Shown here piece by piece: positions 51,294 through 64,000 of a stretch of 64,000 nt of DNA. The translations under genes and the position numbers were made by a program. This DNA is from Octopus bimaculoides (Eukaryota), in contig NC_068982.1 in the NCBI RefSeq assembly GCF_001194135.2, forward strand, positions 34,263,574 through 34,327,573. The letters run 5' to 3'. The notes under the pieces were generated by a model. It was not told the origin of the DNA and made no database searches. It saw only the letters and a program-made list of their open reading frames with translations. Each line of letters starts with the position of its first letter. The first letter of the stretch is position 1.

Positions 51294-52266
51294 TAAATAT
51301 ATAGGGATTGACAGTAACCTGCTTCTCCAACATACTGAGAATTCAGAAATAGCAGTCAAAGAACTACTGATTNNNNNNNNNNNNNNNNNNNNNNNNNNNN
51401 NNNNNNNNNNNNNNNNNNNNNNNNNNNNNNNNNNNNNNNNNNNNNNNNNNNNNNNNNNNNNNNNNNNNNNNNNNNNNNNNNNNNNNNNNNNNNNNNNNNN
51501 NNNNNNNNNNNNNNNNNNNNNNNNNNNNNNNNNNNNNNNNNNNNNNNNNNNNNNNNNNNNNNNNNNNNNNNNNNNNNNNNNNNNNNNNNNNNNNNNNNNN
51601 NNNNNNNNNNNNNNNNNNNNNNNNNNNNNNNNNNNNNNNNNNNNNNNNNNNNNNNNNNNNNNNNNNNNNNNNNNNNNNNNNNNNNNNNNNNNNNNNNNNN
51701 NNNNNNNNNNNNNNNNNNNNNNNNNNNNNNNNNNNNNNNNNNNNNNNNNNNNNNNNNNNNNNNNNNNNNNNNNNNNNNNNNNNNNNNNNNNNNNNNNNNN
51801 NNNNNNNNNNNNNNNNNNNNNNNNNNNNNNNNNNNNNNNNNNNNNNNNNNNNNNNNNNNNNNNNNNNNNNNNNNNNNNNNNNNNNNNNNNNNNNNNNNNN
51901 NNNNNNNNNNNNNNNNNNNNNNNNNNNNNNNNNNNNNNNNNNNNNNNNNNNNNNNNNNNNNNNNNNNNNNNNNNNNNNNNNNNNNNNNNNNNNNNNNNNN
52001 NNNNNNNNNNNNNNNNNNNNNNNNNNNNNNNNNNNNNNNNNNNNNNNNNNNNNNNNNNNNNNNNNNNNNNNNNNNNNNNNNNNNNNNNNNNNNNNNNNNN
52101 NNNNNNNNNNNNNNNNNNNNNNNNNNNNNNNNNNNNNNNNNNNNNNNNNNNNNNNNNNNNNNNNNNNNNNNNNNNNNNNNNNNNNNNNNNNNNNNNNNNN
52201 NNNNNNNNNNNNNNNNNNNNNNNNNNNNNNNNNNNNNNNNNNNNNNNNNNNNNNNNNNNNNNNNNN

Positions 52267-52311
<45 letters not shown>

Positions 52312-52454
52312 CTTGTGCTTAGTACAACCTGCACTAAAGAGTGTTGGAATATATTGGAATTAGTTTAGTTCAGGCAGAAGTCAGAATAAGCCACAACTAG
52401 TTTTGAAACTTCTTTCAAAATGCTTTCATTATGCACAGTATTGGTATATAGGTC

Positions 52455-52800
52455 AAGGTGCATGGCTCAGTGGTTAGAGTGTCGGATTCACAATCACGAG
52501 GTAGTGAGTTTGATTCCCAGACCAGGCTGTATGTTGTGTTCTTGAGCAAGACACTTTATTTCACGTTGCTCCAGTTCACTCAGCTGTAGAAATGAGTTGT
52601 GACATCACTGGTGCCAAGCTGTATCGGCCTTCGCCCTTTCCCTTGGATAACATCAGTGGCATAGGCAGGGGAGGTTAATATGCATGGGTGGCTGCTGGTC
52701 TCCCATAAACAACCTTGTCTGGATTTGTGCCTCAGAGGGTAACTTAGTAGGTACAATCCCATGGTCATTCATGAACGAAGGCGGTCTTTATCCTTTACCC
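52455..52800 (+). mobile_element. tRNA-derived SINE family E
   Basis: A box tggctcagtggtt, B box gagtttgattcc, then ttgagcaagacacttt core-like segment. Confidence 0.8.
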
Positions 52801-54439
52801 TTATATTGCTTTCAAATTTTTGCACAAGACCAGCAATTTCCAGGGAAGGGCTAAGTTGATTACATTGACTTCAGTACTTAACTGGTACTTATCTTATTGA
52901 CCCTGAAAGGATGACAGGCAAAGTTGACCACAGTGGAATTTGAACTCAGAATGTGAAGACGGATGAAATGCTGCTAAGCATTTTACCTGGCATGCTAATA
53001 ATTCTGCCAGCTAACCACCTTATACACAGTATTATATTAACTGTAAAGAAAATTATTTGGAAGTTGAAATGAAAAAAAGTAGACAGAGAGGGCCTGGACT
53101 AAACCTTACCATCTGAGTTAACTTCTTTCATATTTCTGGTCTTCATAAAATAAGTTCCTGTAAAGCATACCCAAACACAGAATTTCAAAACATTACTGAT
53201 GTTTGTTCCCCTTAATTTATTCCTTTATTCTTTTATTTGTTCCAGTTTTGGTGGCAATGGTGGGGTACCACCTTAAAAGGTGCTTTTTAGTTGAACAAAT
53301 TGACCCCAGTACTTATGTTTAATCATGTACTTATTCTATTGCTCTCTTCTTGCTGAATCATTAAGTAACAAGGACATGAACAAACTAACACCAGTTGTTA
53401 AGTGATGGACAACAACAACAAAACAATTTTTGTAATACTTATTCAAATGTAATACTTATTCACACACAAAATGGGCCTTCATGCAGTTTCTGCTATGGTT
53501 AGCTCAAAACAATGTGGGTGAATAAGTATTACTTTTAACAGAATAATCAGAATGCTAAAGGGTTAAAAGATTTGGGAACATGTGGCTTTTTGTAACATTT
53601 TTTGAAATGTAACATAGTAAAATGTGACAATGTCATTAACTGACTCAGCAAGGAAATATTGATATTATCTTCAAAGTATTAAAAGACTAATGTTAGGGTG
53701 AACTAAAGATTAAAGATAGGCTCATGCAGTGACAAGTCATATATGTTTAGCAAGTTTTGTTTTAAAAGGAGAAATATTAACCAATGAGAGACTGCTTTGT
53801 ATTTGTTACGGAAATGTTTACATTCAATAACTTATAGATTTTTAACATGGTAGTTTCCTGATTTCTGGCAGATTGTCAAGAAAATGTAACTATAAATGTA
53901 CAGGATGCACTGGAGTAGCTAATAAGACGAGCATTTTTTGACTGAAAGTTTATGAAAGCGATTTTATAGACTCACTGCAAGTAGTAGATAAGGTTTATTT
54001 ATTTATGATGTAATGCAATTAGTACTAGTATAATGCAATTAGTACTAGTATGAAAGTGTTGAGCTGATGTTTCAAGAACTACCATTTTTATTGGAAACAA
54101 AGGCTGGAATCAGTGTGGGTGCTTCTATGGCTTTCTGAATCTGCTAGAAATAACAGCCAAATCCCTCTCTGATCAAAGGTGTTAAAGCTATGATCATACC
54201 ATCTATTTTCAAAGCATACTATATTTAGGACAACATCATCTAGCATCTCTTTTTTTTCTAAATGGTAGGATATCATCTGAAAGAAATAAGGCTGCTATTT
54301 TCAGCAAGTTGAGTGACCATGTAGATGTTCTCTAGTTGCTTCATTCAATATTATGAATAAATATTTGATTAAAATTTTTCCATGATTGTTTTCTAATGGT
54401 TGTTTTTTTTTAGTTAGGGCACATGGCCTTTTACACTAA

Positions 54440-54479
<40 letters not shown>

Positions 54480-55104
54480 GTTCTGAGACTTAACTGAGTC
54501 ACCTTCAATCTAGTTGAGGCGTCACAAGTCTCCTTGGTGGTAAGGATGGCTCAGTGTGGAGTTCTTGGGGAGACTTTTAGATGTGGGCAGTAGTTTCCAC
54601 AACTTAAATAGATGATGACATGGGCTAAATGCAAGTGTGCGTCTGTATGTGTGTATATGTATACAGTCATCATCATTTTAATGTCCATTTTTATAGTTGC
54701 CTCAACAAAACTTTGAGGCAGAATTTTCTATAGCCGAATGCACTTCTTGTCATCAATTGTCACCTATTCCAAGTAAGGTAATATTTACTCTGGTCTTTTG
54801 AAGAATGAACAGCTCAATAAGGGAAAATACTTTCATAGAGAATTGCAAACAAAGGACACCATTTGAATGACAATGACTATTGTTTGCACTAAGTGCATTC
54901 ATGTCAGGACAAGGGGAAACACATAATCTTCCAGTTTCTATTTATCAAATTCCACACAGAAAGCATTGTAGAAAGTCACCATCCAATAGTGTCCATGTAG
55001 TGGGTATGAACCATAAACCATGTGGTTTTAAATCAAATTTCTTAATTACATAGTCATGTGACCCCAACCCCGTCTCTTTCTCTCTCTTTCTATACTCTCT
55101 CTCT

Positions 55105-55452
55105 CTTTACTCTTTTACTTGTTTCAGTCATTTGACTGCGGCCATGCTGGAGCACCGCCTTTAGTCGAGCAAATCGACCCCAGGACTTATTCTTTGGAAG
55201 CCTAGTACTTATTCTATCGGTCTCTTTTGCTGAACCGCTAAGTTACGGGGACGTAAACACACCACCATCGGTTGCCAAGCGATGTTGGGGGGACAAACAC
55301 AGACACACAAACATACACACATACATACATATATATATATACATATATACGACGGGCTTCTTTCAGTTTCCATCTACCAAATCCACTCACAAGGCTTTGG
55401 TCGGCCCGAGGCTATAGTGGAAGACACTTGCCCAAGGTGCCACGCAGTGGGA
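55105..55452 (-). mobile_element. Well-preserved composite SINE B-(TA/CA)n-C
   Basis: Reverse complement of the 26060-26470 arrangement, with CpGs retained. Confidence 0.85.
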
Positions 55453-55564
55453 ATGAATATATATATATATATATATAAGTCAGTAAATGGTGGGGTTGTG
55501 TTAACTGCACATGGAGAAATGATAGGAAAGGAAAAAGTATAAACACCTTTCACACTGCAATTGT

Positions 55565-55597
<33 letters not shown>

Positions 55598-55716
55598 GGA
55601 GAATATACAAAAAATAACAACAGACGAGGACAGGTGGTGTAAATAACAAAAGTATATATTAGTATGACGCTCGGGAATACGGAAAGTCTTTGACGTTTCG
55701 AGCTACGCTCTTCAAT
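55598..55716 (-). mobile_element. 5'-truncated copy of the Penelope-like terminal repeat at 47095-47225
   Basis: Minus strand ttgaagagcgtagctcgaaacgtcaaagactttccgtattcccgagcgtcatactaat is essentially identical to 47094-47150. Confidence 0.8.
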
Positions 55717-56418
55717 ACACATTATTAATTCTCTACTTGGCCAGTTTGTTTCCATGCAAAGATTATATTTTCAAGAATATAATTTTCTTTATTTTTGCCT
55801 GTCATTTCTTTTCTGTTTGGAATCAGAATGTATTTTAAGAAACAGAAAACAAAAGATAAGACAGACTGAAGAATTTTTTAAACCTAAATATAATTCAGCA
55901 GCTACTGTATAATATATGTAAACAAATAACTACCATGTTTCATAAAAGAGTTTAAGAATCTAGACTACGGACAACTAGACTACTGAGAGTGGAAGTATAA
56001 AATCAAACGCTTGCATGTTTGTCTCAGATATGTCTAGCGAAAAATAAATGCCATTCGTATGAGGTTAACATTAGTAAAGGGAGGGGATCAAGGTTATTAA
56101 ACACATGTGCCAACAATTCAAAAGCAAATAGGCAAATGTCCAAATTTACAGTCAAATTTGCACAAATATCACAACTATGCTAATTGCTAACTTTTAGCAG
56201 AAAAAATTTTATGAGCATAGATACAAAAAAAAAATGAAAACAGAAAAATTGCTTGATATATAAAGTATTAAAATTTTTTTTGTGAAAATAATTCTTGAAA
56301 TGTAGTGCAAATTTATCATTTTTAAAAGGCGATTGGTCAGTATTGTGTTATTCTTTTGGATTCTAAAGATTGCTATAAAATGCAGAATTGATAAAGCATT
56401 GGAAATAACACCTTGTAG

Positions 56419-56700
56419 CAGTGGTCCCTAATGTTTTTTGTATCAATGACCAATTTCATGCAAAACAATTTTTCCATGGACCATGGGATCACATGCATAA
56501 CAAAATACAATAAAATGCACAATATATAATTTAATTATTATTTATATAATACATATACATGATATATATAATACAAAAGCACTCTGTATATTGCTATAGG
56601 CAATAGAAATAGAATTAAAAAATTTATTCTTTCTAAGCAGCCTGGCACCAAATAACCCAGAGCCTCATAAGGTCTGTGGTCTGGTGGTTGAGAACATTTG
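56419..56700. mobile_element. hAT (Charlie-like) MITE
   Basis: CAGTGGTCCCTAA start and ggttgagaacatttg end; 8-bp flanks ccttgtag / ccttacag (6 of 8 match). Confidence 0.6.
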
Positions 56701-56948
56701 CCTTACAGTCTGATTTTGAATTCCTTCTTCTGTGGTCAATAAAATAAGTACTGAGTGGGTACCCGGGTGTCAATTTTAATAGACTAAAATCCCTCCCATC
56801 AAATTTGGAACCTTGTGCCTATGTCAGAAATCAAAAAATTACAAAAACAAATCTATGAATATACTGATTAGTTTACCTTTAATAACCAATGCTAAATAAT
56901 CAAACAATAATTAAATAGTAGCCCGCACTACTATAAATATTGACTTAC

Positions 56949-57108
56949 CTGCCTCTGTTAGATGATACTGCACTATTTGCTTGTGAAGAAGAACATGATT
57001 CCTGCTGGGCTTCCATAAGCAATTTCTCCATATTACCATTATGAATAGATTCAGAAAATGTGTCTGTGTCTGCTGGCAGTGACTGGTGGCATAATTCTAC
57101 CCAAGAAC
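56949..57108 (-). CDS. BNIP3: BNIP3/NIX-family mitophagy receptor, coding exon (probably exon 2) with LIR and MER-like motif
   Basis: Acceptor atttccacacag, donor AG|GTAAGT, 160 nt, phase 1 to 2. Translates (G)SWVELCHQ...IHNGNMEKLLMEAQQES...SNRG(S), matching the BNIP3/NIX motifs GSWVEL and NGDMEKILLDAQHES. Confidence 0.93.
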
Positions 57109-57577
57109 CTGTGTGGAAATATAATTGAACAGTTCAACTTAGTAAGGCTAATTTAGAAGTACAAGTTTCATTATATTCCATAACATTTTTATAAGCAAGA
57201 AGGTGGTGTTTAGTACATAAATCAGTCATAATCAAGTAGACCTATGGTCAAAGACATTCTAGCTGTGACCTACCTGACTTTTTTCCCAGGTGGTAATGTT
57301 TCTTTTTCTTTTTTTTTATGTTGGTATCTTTTATCTTTTACTTTTTTCAGTCACTAGACTGTGGCCATACAGAGGCACTGCCTTGAAGAGATTTAGCTGA
57401 ATGAATCAACCCAAGCACTTATTTTTTAAGGCTAGTACTTAATCTATCAGTCCCCTTTGCCAAACTGCTAAGTTACAGGGATGTAAACACACTAACACTG
57501 GTTGTGAAGTAGTGGTGGGGGACAAACAAAGACACACACATGTATATATATATATATATATATATATAAATGATGGG

Positions 57578-58455
57578 CTTCTCAAAATTGTCATCTCTCT
57601 CTCTCTCTCTCTCTCAAATACCATGTCTCACTCCCATGCGGCATTGCAGCTCTCACTCAACTATAGACCTTTCCTTTTGTCGTCAATGAGAACCTTTTCC
57701 CATATAATAATGCTCCACATTCCTTGAACTTCACCCAGCCAAGTCTCGCTCTTGCTATCACAGCTGCTTCACCTCCACCACTTACATCCACTCTATCTCT
57801 CAAATAACAAGACCCTCTCACCATTTCCCATCACACAGTGTTTCCACTGACTTTGCCAGCCCTCCAGCTCCTTTCTCACATCTTCCACAAACAAACTCAC
57901 TTGCCAGTCTTGGGGTCGCCTTCTTCATTTTTGTACATCTTCTTTGAATCCATTTCTCACATCTCCTACACAACACCGCATTTGCCATTACCCTCCTCCC
58001 ACGTATACCACATGGATCTACCTTACTCACTAACACTTCTCCTTCCACCCCACTTACATCACCTTGGGACTGGTGAGAGATATGCGTGGCATGAGGCTGT
58101 TTGATAAGAGGAGGACTGAAGACTTGATTGGGATGCTGGGGTTAGAGGAATCAGTGGAATAGCTGGCAAGGGTGAATGGAGAGTGGTGGTAAAGCATGTG
58201 TTGAGAAGTGGATGAGGAGCATGTTCTGAAGAGGGTGCTAGAGTTTGAGGTGAATTGATGGCAAAAGTGAGGTAGACAGAGGAAAATGTGGAAGGGACAG
58301 GTGGAGGAGGAGATTGGGAGGGTTGGCTTGAGAAGGGAGGACATCCAAAACCAGGCAAGATGGTGAGATGGTGTGAGGGCAGTTGCTATGGCATTGAGGT
58401 AGATCTGGGCCCCATTAGAGGGGACAAAACCCAGATTCAAATTATGATTGGCTTC
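57578..58455. mobile_element. RTE LINE with inverted 5' segment, inserted into a B-C composite SINE
   Basis: Minus part 58066-57578 (PCGIRGRRVMANAVLCRRCEKW..C; GSETWYL..MTILR); plus part from 58070 (VRDMRG...HVL...RGRQRKMW); TSD atgat(g/t)ggcttc. Confidence 0.85.
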
Positions 58456-59994
58456 ATCCAGTTTCTATCTACTAAATCCATTCACAAGGGCTTTGGTTGG
58501 TCCAAAGCTATAGCAGAGGACACTTGTCCAAGATGTCATGCAGTGGGACTGAACCTGGAACCTTGTGGTTGAGAAGCAAACTTCCTACCACACAGCCATA
58601 CCTGCACCTATAGTAGGGTGTAATTTGAAAAAAAAAAAAAGCTATTACTTCCTGTAGGTCAAGCAGCCATATAAAAGCTTCCTGGCCAACTCATATATTA
58701 AGTTTATAGAGGTTTTAACAACCAACATAGAATTTATACTGATTCAAGAATGTCTGAGTAGAAAAATTATGTTTCAGAGATTCTTAAGTAAAATGTTAGT
58801 TTGAATTTACTTATAAACCAGACATTTATCAGGTATCTTCCCTAATAGATGTGCATATTATTCATACTTAACATTTACCATCTATTCAGACACCACAGCA
58901 ACATGTACTTTTTCAAGCCAACGAGGCAGGCATCTATATGGTCACTTAAACAGCTAGAAATAGCTGCCAAATATCTTTCAAATTACACCCTCTGTCTAAA
59001 AAACATTTAAAAAGATAAAATAATACATGCCTTAAGTATTACGACTTACTAACTCAATAGCTTATTCGTCATAAAAATGAAAATAAATTCCAGACAGTTT
59101 CACAGCATTTGTGTTGTGCAGTTGCATAAATTGTAAGCAAAGCTTGAAGATTCAAGGTCAAACTAAAACATTATTATTTCAATTGAGAAAAATAATTTTG
59201 TGTGTGTGTGTGTGTATATGTGTGTTTTGTTTCGTAATATAACAAAAATCTCACAGACATTTACAATAAAACAGTGACAGAACATAAAACAAAATCTCTG
59301 GTTTGAATTTGAATGAGACCAAAGTTCCACCATTGGTAAAAATGGTCAAAAAGTGATTATCTGAAGAAATTAAGTATTTTAGTTATTATTCTCAATGTAA
59401 AACTACTTCAAAAGTATTTAGCATTCTGAGTGCATCTTTTTTGCATCTTCTCGGAAATTAGATTTGGCATTAATAATTACTTTAGCTATACTCCATCATT
59501 CCACTTAATTAAAGGTCTGTCAATTAATTCGGAACATTTTGCACATGTAAGCATGCTTCGAACTATTCAACTGGCTCTGTCTACTTCTCCAATCATTGGG
59601 TATTTGATACCCTTAATATGACTGTGAGGAGTTTGCAGGGGGTGAATGGAAAGGAATATAATCCTGATTATGGCATGTGATAGTCAGCGCGTTAGCAATG
59701 GTTTCATGCTGACTATTGCACCTGGCAAACTTTTACTCTGAGTTTCATGTAACTGATCGTCAGACAGAAGTGAACTTTTAGAACACACCTATGGTTTTAT
59801 CATAAACCATTATAAACCATTATATTGTTCCATAAGTTTCCTTCTGACAGATGATTAGTGGTAGGAAAGTTGGAGTAACAGCTTGAAAAAATTTTCAGCT
59901 TTAAAAAAACACTACATTTCATTCTTTCTTTAATATTTGAGGAGGTACTATTTTCTCCATCTTCATTTGTACCTATGCTCACATCTCTCTTTCT

Positions 59995-60042
<48 letters not shown>

Positions 60043-60054
60043 TATATATATACA

Positions 60055-60097
<43 letters not shown>

Positions 60098-60497
60098 GTA
60101 AAAGAGAAAGAAAGACAGTTAGAGAGGGTGTATATAGTAATGTATACATTAGATAAACATCATGGCTAGATATGTTTATACCAAAGACTAGAAACAAAGG
60201 ACTTGTATATTTGTAAGCCGGTGATACTTGTTTATAAGTATCTCATGACGTCAAGACAAGGAGATACAAACAAATACACACATATATACACACACGTGTG
60301 TGTGTGCATGTATACACATACACATACACATATGTGTGCACACATACACATGCACATTTGATAAGCTTCTTTCAGTTTCCATCGACCAAATCCACATAAA
60401 GACTGTTTTGACCTAGGTCTAAAGAAGAAGACACTTACCCAAAAAGCTATGTAGTGAGAAACTATGTGGTTAAGAAGTAAACTTCTTAACTAAACAG

Positions 60498-60533
<36 letters not shown>

Positions 60534-60597
60534 ATTATTATTATTATTATTACTATTACTATTATTATTATTATTAATATTATTATTATTATTGACA

Positions 60598-61124
60598 AGG
60601 TGGTAAGCTGGCAGAATCATTAGCATGCTGGGTGAAATGCTCAGCAGTATTCTGTCTGCTGCTACGTTCTGAGTTCAAATTCTGCTGAGGTCGACTTTGC
60701 TTTTCATCCTTTTGGGGTCGATAAATTAAGTACCAGTTGCATACTGGAGTTGATCTAATCGACTGGCCCCTTCCCCAAAAATTTCGGGCTTTGGGCCTAG
60801 AGTAGAAAAGAATAAGTTAAGTACCAGTCAAGTACTGGGGTCAATATTATTGAATTACTCCTTCCCCAAAATTTCAGGCTATAAAAATAGACACTGGGGT
60901 TGATGTGTAAGAAGTGGCCAATTGGCAGAATCGTTAACATGCTGTGCAATATGCTTAGCAGCATTTTCATCTGTCTTTACATTCTGAGTTCAAAATCTGC
61001 CAAGGCTGACTTTGCCTTTCATCCTTTTGGGGTTAATGAAATAGGTGCCAGTTTGGCACTGGGGCTGATGTAATCCCTGACAATGTTGGCCTTGTGCCAA
61101 GATTTGAAACCATCATCACCATTA

Positions 61125-61157
<33 letters not shown>

Positions 61158-61762
61158 AAGTGGCAAACTGGCAGAATTGTTAGCATGCTGGACAAAATGC
61201 TTAGAGATATTTTCATCTGTCTTTACATTCTGAGTTCAAATTCCACCAAAGTTGACTTTGCCTTTCATCCTTTTGGGGTTGATGAAATAAGTTGAACACT
61301 GAGGTTGATACAAAGTGACTAGCCCCCATGCCCCAAATTTTAGGCCTATGGTAGAAAGGATTATTATTATTATTATTATTAAAGGTGGTGAACTGGCAGA
61401 ATCATTACACCAGGCAAAATATTTAGCAACATTTTGTCCATTTTTATAGTCTGAGTTCAAATCCTGCCCAAACAACTTTGCTTTTCATCTCCTTGGGGTT
61501 GATGAAATAAGTATTAGTTGAACAGTGGGGTTGATGTAATCTACAAGCCCTGCACCCACCAAATTTCAGGCCTTATGCCAAAATGCTTAGTGGCATTTCA
61601 TTTGTCTTTACATTCCAAGTTCAAATCCTTAGAAGTTGATTTTGCCTTTCATCCTTTTGGGGTCAATAAAATAAGTACCAGTTGAGCACTGGGGTTGATG
61701 TAAATGATTAGACTTCCCTCCCCCTACAAAAAAATTTAGGTCCTGTGCCTCTAGTAAAAAGG

Positions 61763-61795
<33 letters not shown>
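60598..61795 (+). mobile_element. Tandem array of about six SINE-D copies
   Basis: Repeated heads tggcaga(a)t..ttagca and B box gagttcaaat, separated by (ATT)n or (TAC)n. Confidence 0.85.
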
Positions 61796-63187
61796 GCTGT
61801 CACTTTGTTGAAGAGTTTATGGGTTCATCTTTTTGACATTCCTGGCATTAGTGTATTTGGATCCTATTAAGACTTACAAAATCTCTATTTATACCATGTG
61901 AACAGATATAGTTGTTTTTCTTCTTTTACAAAACAAAATTGATGGTTACTTCCAGGTTTAAAATTTCTTGCAGTTAGTAGGAAGGGGCTGAATCCTATGA
62001 CCTTTATAGACCCTGTAAGTGTGATGAGATTGGTAGATTGATGTTCTGTTTAAACATTTATAAAAGAAAAAAAAAAAAAGAACAACAAAAAATCTTAACA
62101 AAGTTATTCTTTCTTTTCTTTTTTTTTGTTCATTTGGAAAATTCCTTGTGAAAGAAAGAGGCCAGTAGAAAGCGATATCAAACTTTCCTTTAAGATAAAC
62201 ATCCAATTGAGTAGTACATTATTTGTCCAAATAACTTGACAAACATGGCGCTGTACATTGTATCTTTTTTTCATTTGAATATCCCACCCAGTTGGATATT
62301 TTTTTTATATACATCTTTCAAAAAAAAATACTATAGAATAACAGTGTGAAAACTTTTTGTGCCACTTTTTGACCAGTTTCATCTCTTAAACAAACAACTC
62401 AGTTGATAGTGAAAATTAAAAGTATCCAGTTTAAATTAATACACAGCAAGTAGGTCTTAAAAAATCTCTTGAAAGTAAGATGGTAGTTCATAAAGGAAAT
62501 TCTACGAAGATGATTAATATAAGAAACTAAAATAGTGACTTGTTACTATAGCAAAAGAAGGTACATAGACTTCCTTACTAGTTCGATACGCCTCGTTATT
62601 AAAAACTAAGTCAACTGCAATTTCATCAACAGGCAACCAACCATAGTAACTCAGCTTGAAAACGCTGCTATGAAATTGCTTTATGTAATACAGATTTTTT
62701 TATATGATAAGAATTCCTCTTCTCTCAATTATAAAAGCTATCATATAACACATAGGATATGTACAAACAATATTGATTAACTAATGCAACTGCTATTATT
62801 GTTTTAGAGCAGCAACTCTGTTAGACTAGCAGAAAATTTGTGTGTGTGTGTGTATACATACATACATATATATATATATATGCACACATATATATATATA
62901 CACACACAAATTAATAAGCAACTTATACAGAAGATAAAACATATGTATATAAGAACATAAATGTGTGTATGCTTGTGCGCGTGTACGTATGTATGTATAT
63001 ATATATATACACATACATAGGTGCAGGCATGTCTATGTAGTTAAGAAGCTCCCTTCTCAATTGTGTCGTTTCAAGCTTAACCCTAATGTGTGGCATCTTG
63101 GGAAAGTGTCTTCTGCTATAGGCCAGAGCAGACCAATGTTTTGTGAGTGAATTTTGGTAGATTGAAAACTGTATGGAAGCTCACTGT

Positions 63188-63232
<45 letters not shown>

Positions 63233-63249
63233 NNNNNNNNNNNNNNNNN

Positions 63250-64000
63250 TATATGCAAAGACACCTGTTTCTGTCACACTCTAACCTTTCATCATCCTCC
63301 AATGCCTTCTTCCCTCTGAAAGGTTCTTTGTCTTGCAAGTTACTTGATGACCCTGCCAGTGTTGGTGCCACATAAAAAGCATCAAATCCACACTGTAAAG
63401 TGGTTGGAATTTGTAAGGGCATCCAGCTGTTCAAACCATGTCAAAACTGACCTCGCCTATACTGGTGCTATGTAAAAAGCACTCAGGTCACTCTGCGAGA
63501 TGGTTGGTGTTAGGAAGAGTATCATGAGGGCCAGTCAAGTGGTACTGGCAACAACCATCCTCAAATGGTGCTTTTTATGTGCCACCAGCATGGTTGCCAT
63601 TCAGATGGTACTGGTATTGACCATGACAATGATTTCACTTGACTCAACAGGTCTTTTGAAGCACAGTTTATTGTCCGATAATTGAAGGGTACTCCTAATT
63701 GGGCTGGTTATGCGACACTGGCATAGGCCACGGTTACAGTCTCACTTGGCTTGCCAGGTATTCTTAAGCACAGCATATCTCCAAAGGTCTCAGTCACTTG
63801 TCATTGCCTCCTTGAGGCCCAACTTCATCCCATGTCTTCCTGGGTCTACCTCTTCCACAGGTTCCCTCCACTGTTAGGGTGTGACACTTACACAGCTGTC
63901 TTCATCCATATGCAACACATGACCATACCAGCACAGTTGTCTCTCTTGCACACCACATTTGATGCTTCTTATGTCCAACTTTTCTTTTGCGGTGCTTACA
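63250..64000 (-). mobile_element. RTE LINE 3' end with 3' UTR, running off the window
   Basis: KEKLDIRSIKCGVQERQLCWYGHVLHMDEDSCV...EGTCGRGRPRKTWDEV...LWRYAVLKNTWQAK*; same family as 17534-18580. Confidence 0.85.

Overview
AT-rich animal genomic DNA with many N gaps and (TA)n/(CA)n/(AAT)n microsatellites. The repeat content (several tRNA-head SINEs, RTE LINEs, TTAA MITEs) looks like an Octopus/coleoid draft assembly; this is an inference. One host gene is well supported but does not appear as an intact ORF in the track: a BNIP3/NIX-family mitophagy receptor on the minus strand. Five coding exons (57108-56949, 41090-41039, 37029-36965, 36146-36000, 23348-23282) have canonical AG/GT sites and chain in phase. 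The spliced product is GSWVELCHQSLPADTDTFSESIHNGNMEKLLMEAQQESCSSSQANSAVSSNRGSPKISNSPKEWATHEMSQGESVGTDWIWDWSSRPEIQPVGDLSGYFKHPRRHRLSVRNTKVLRNGVFCMENLPTLLISHACSFVLGAAVMFMYLKKYCNWAAVIAHHALD*. The ATG exon was not found. The rest is decayed or nested mobile DNA: RTE, CR1-like, R4/Dong-like and Penelope retroelements; mariner, maT, pogo/Tigger, hAT, piggyBac-like and Helitron derivatives; and tandem SINE arrays. The most unusual structures are a TG..CA fold-back element with a 4-bp TSD and an internal flip/flop hairpin, three different minimal hammerhead ribozyme motifs in BNIP3 introns, and an RTE copy with a twin-priming-type 5' inversion. Most ORFs in the track are microsatellite, gap or TE artefacts. 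Repeat boundaries were read by eye and are approximate unless a TSD is quoted.
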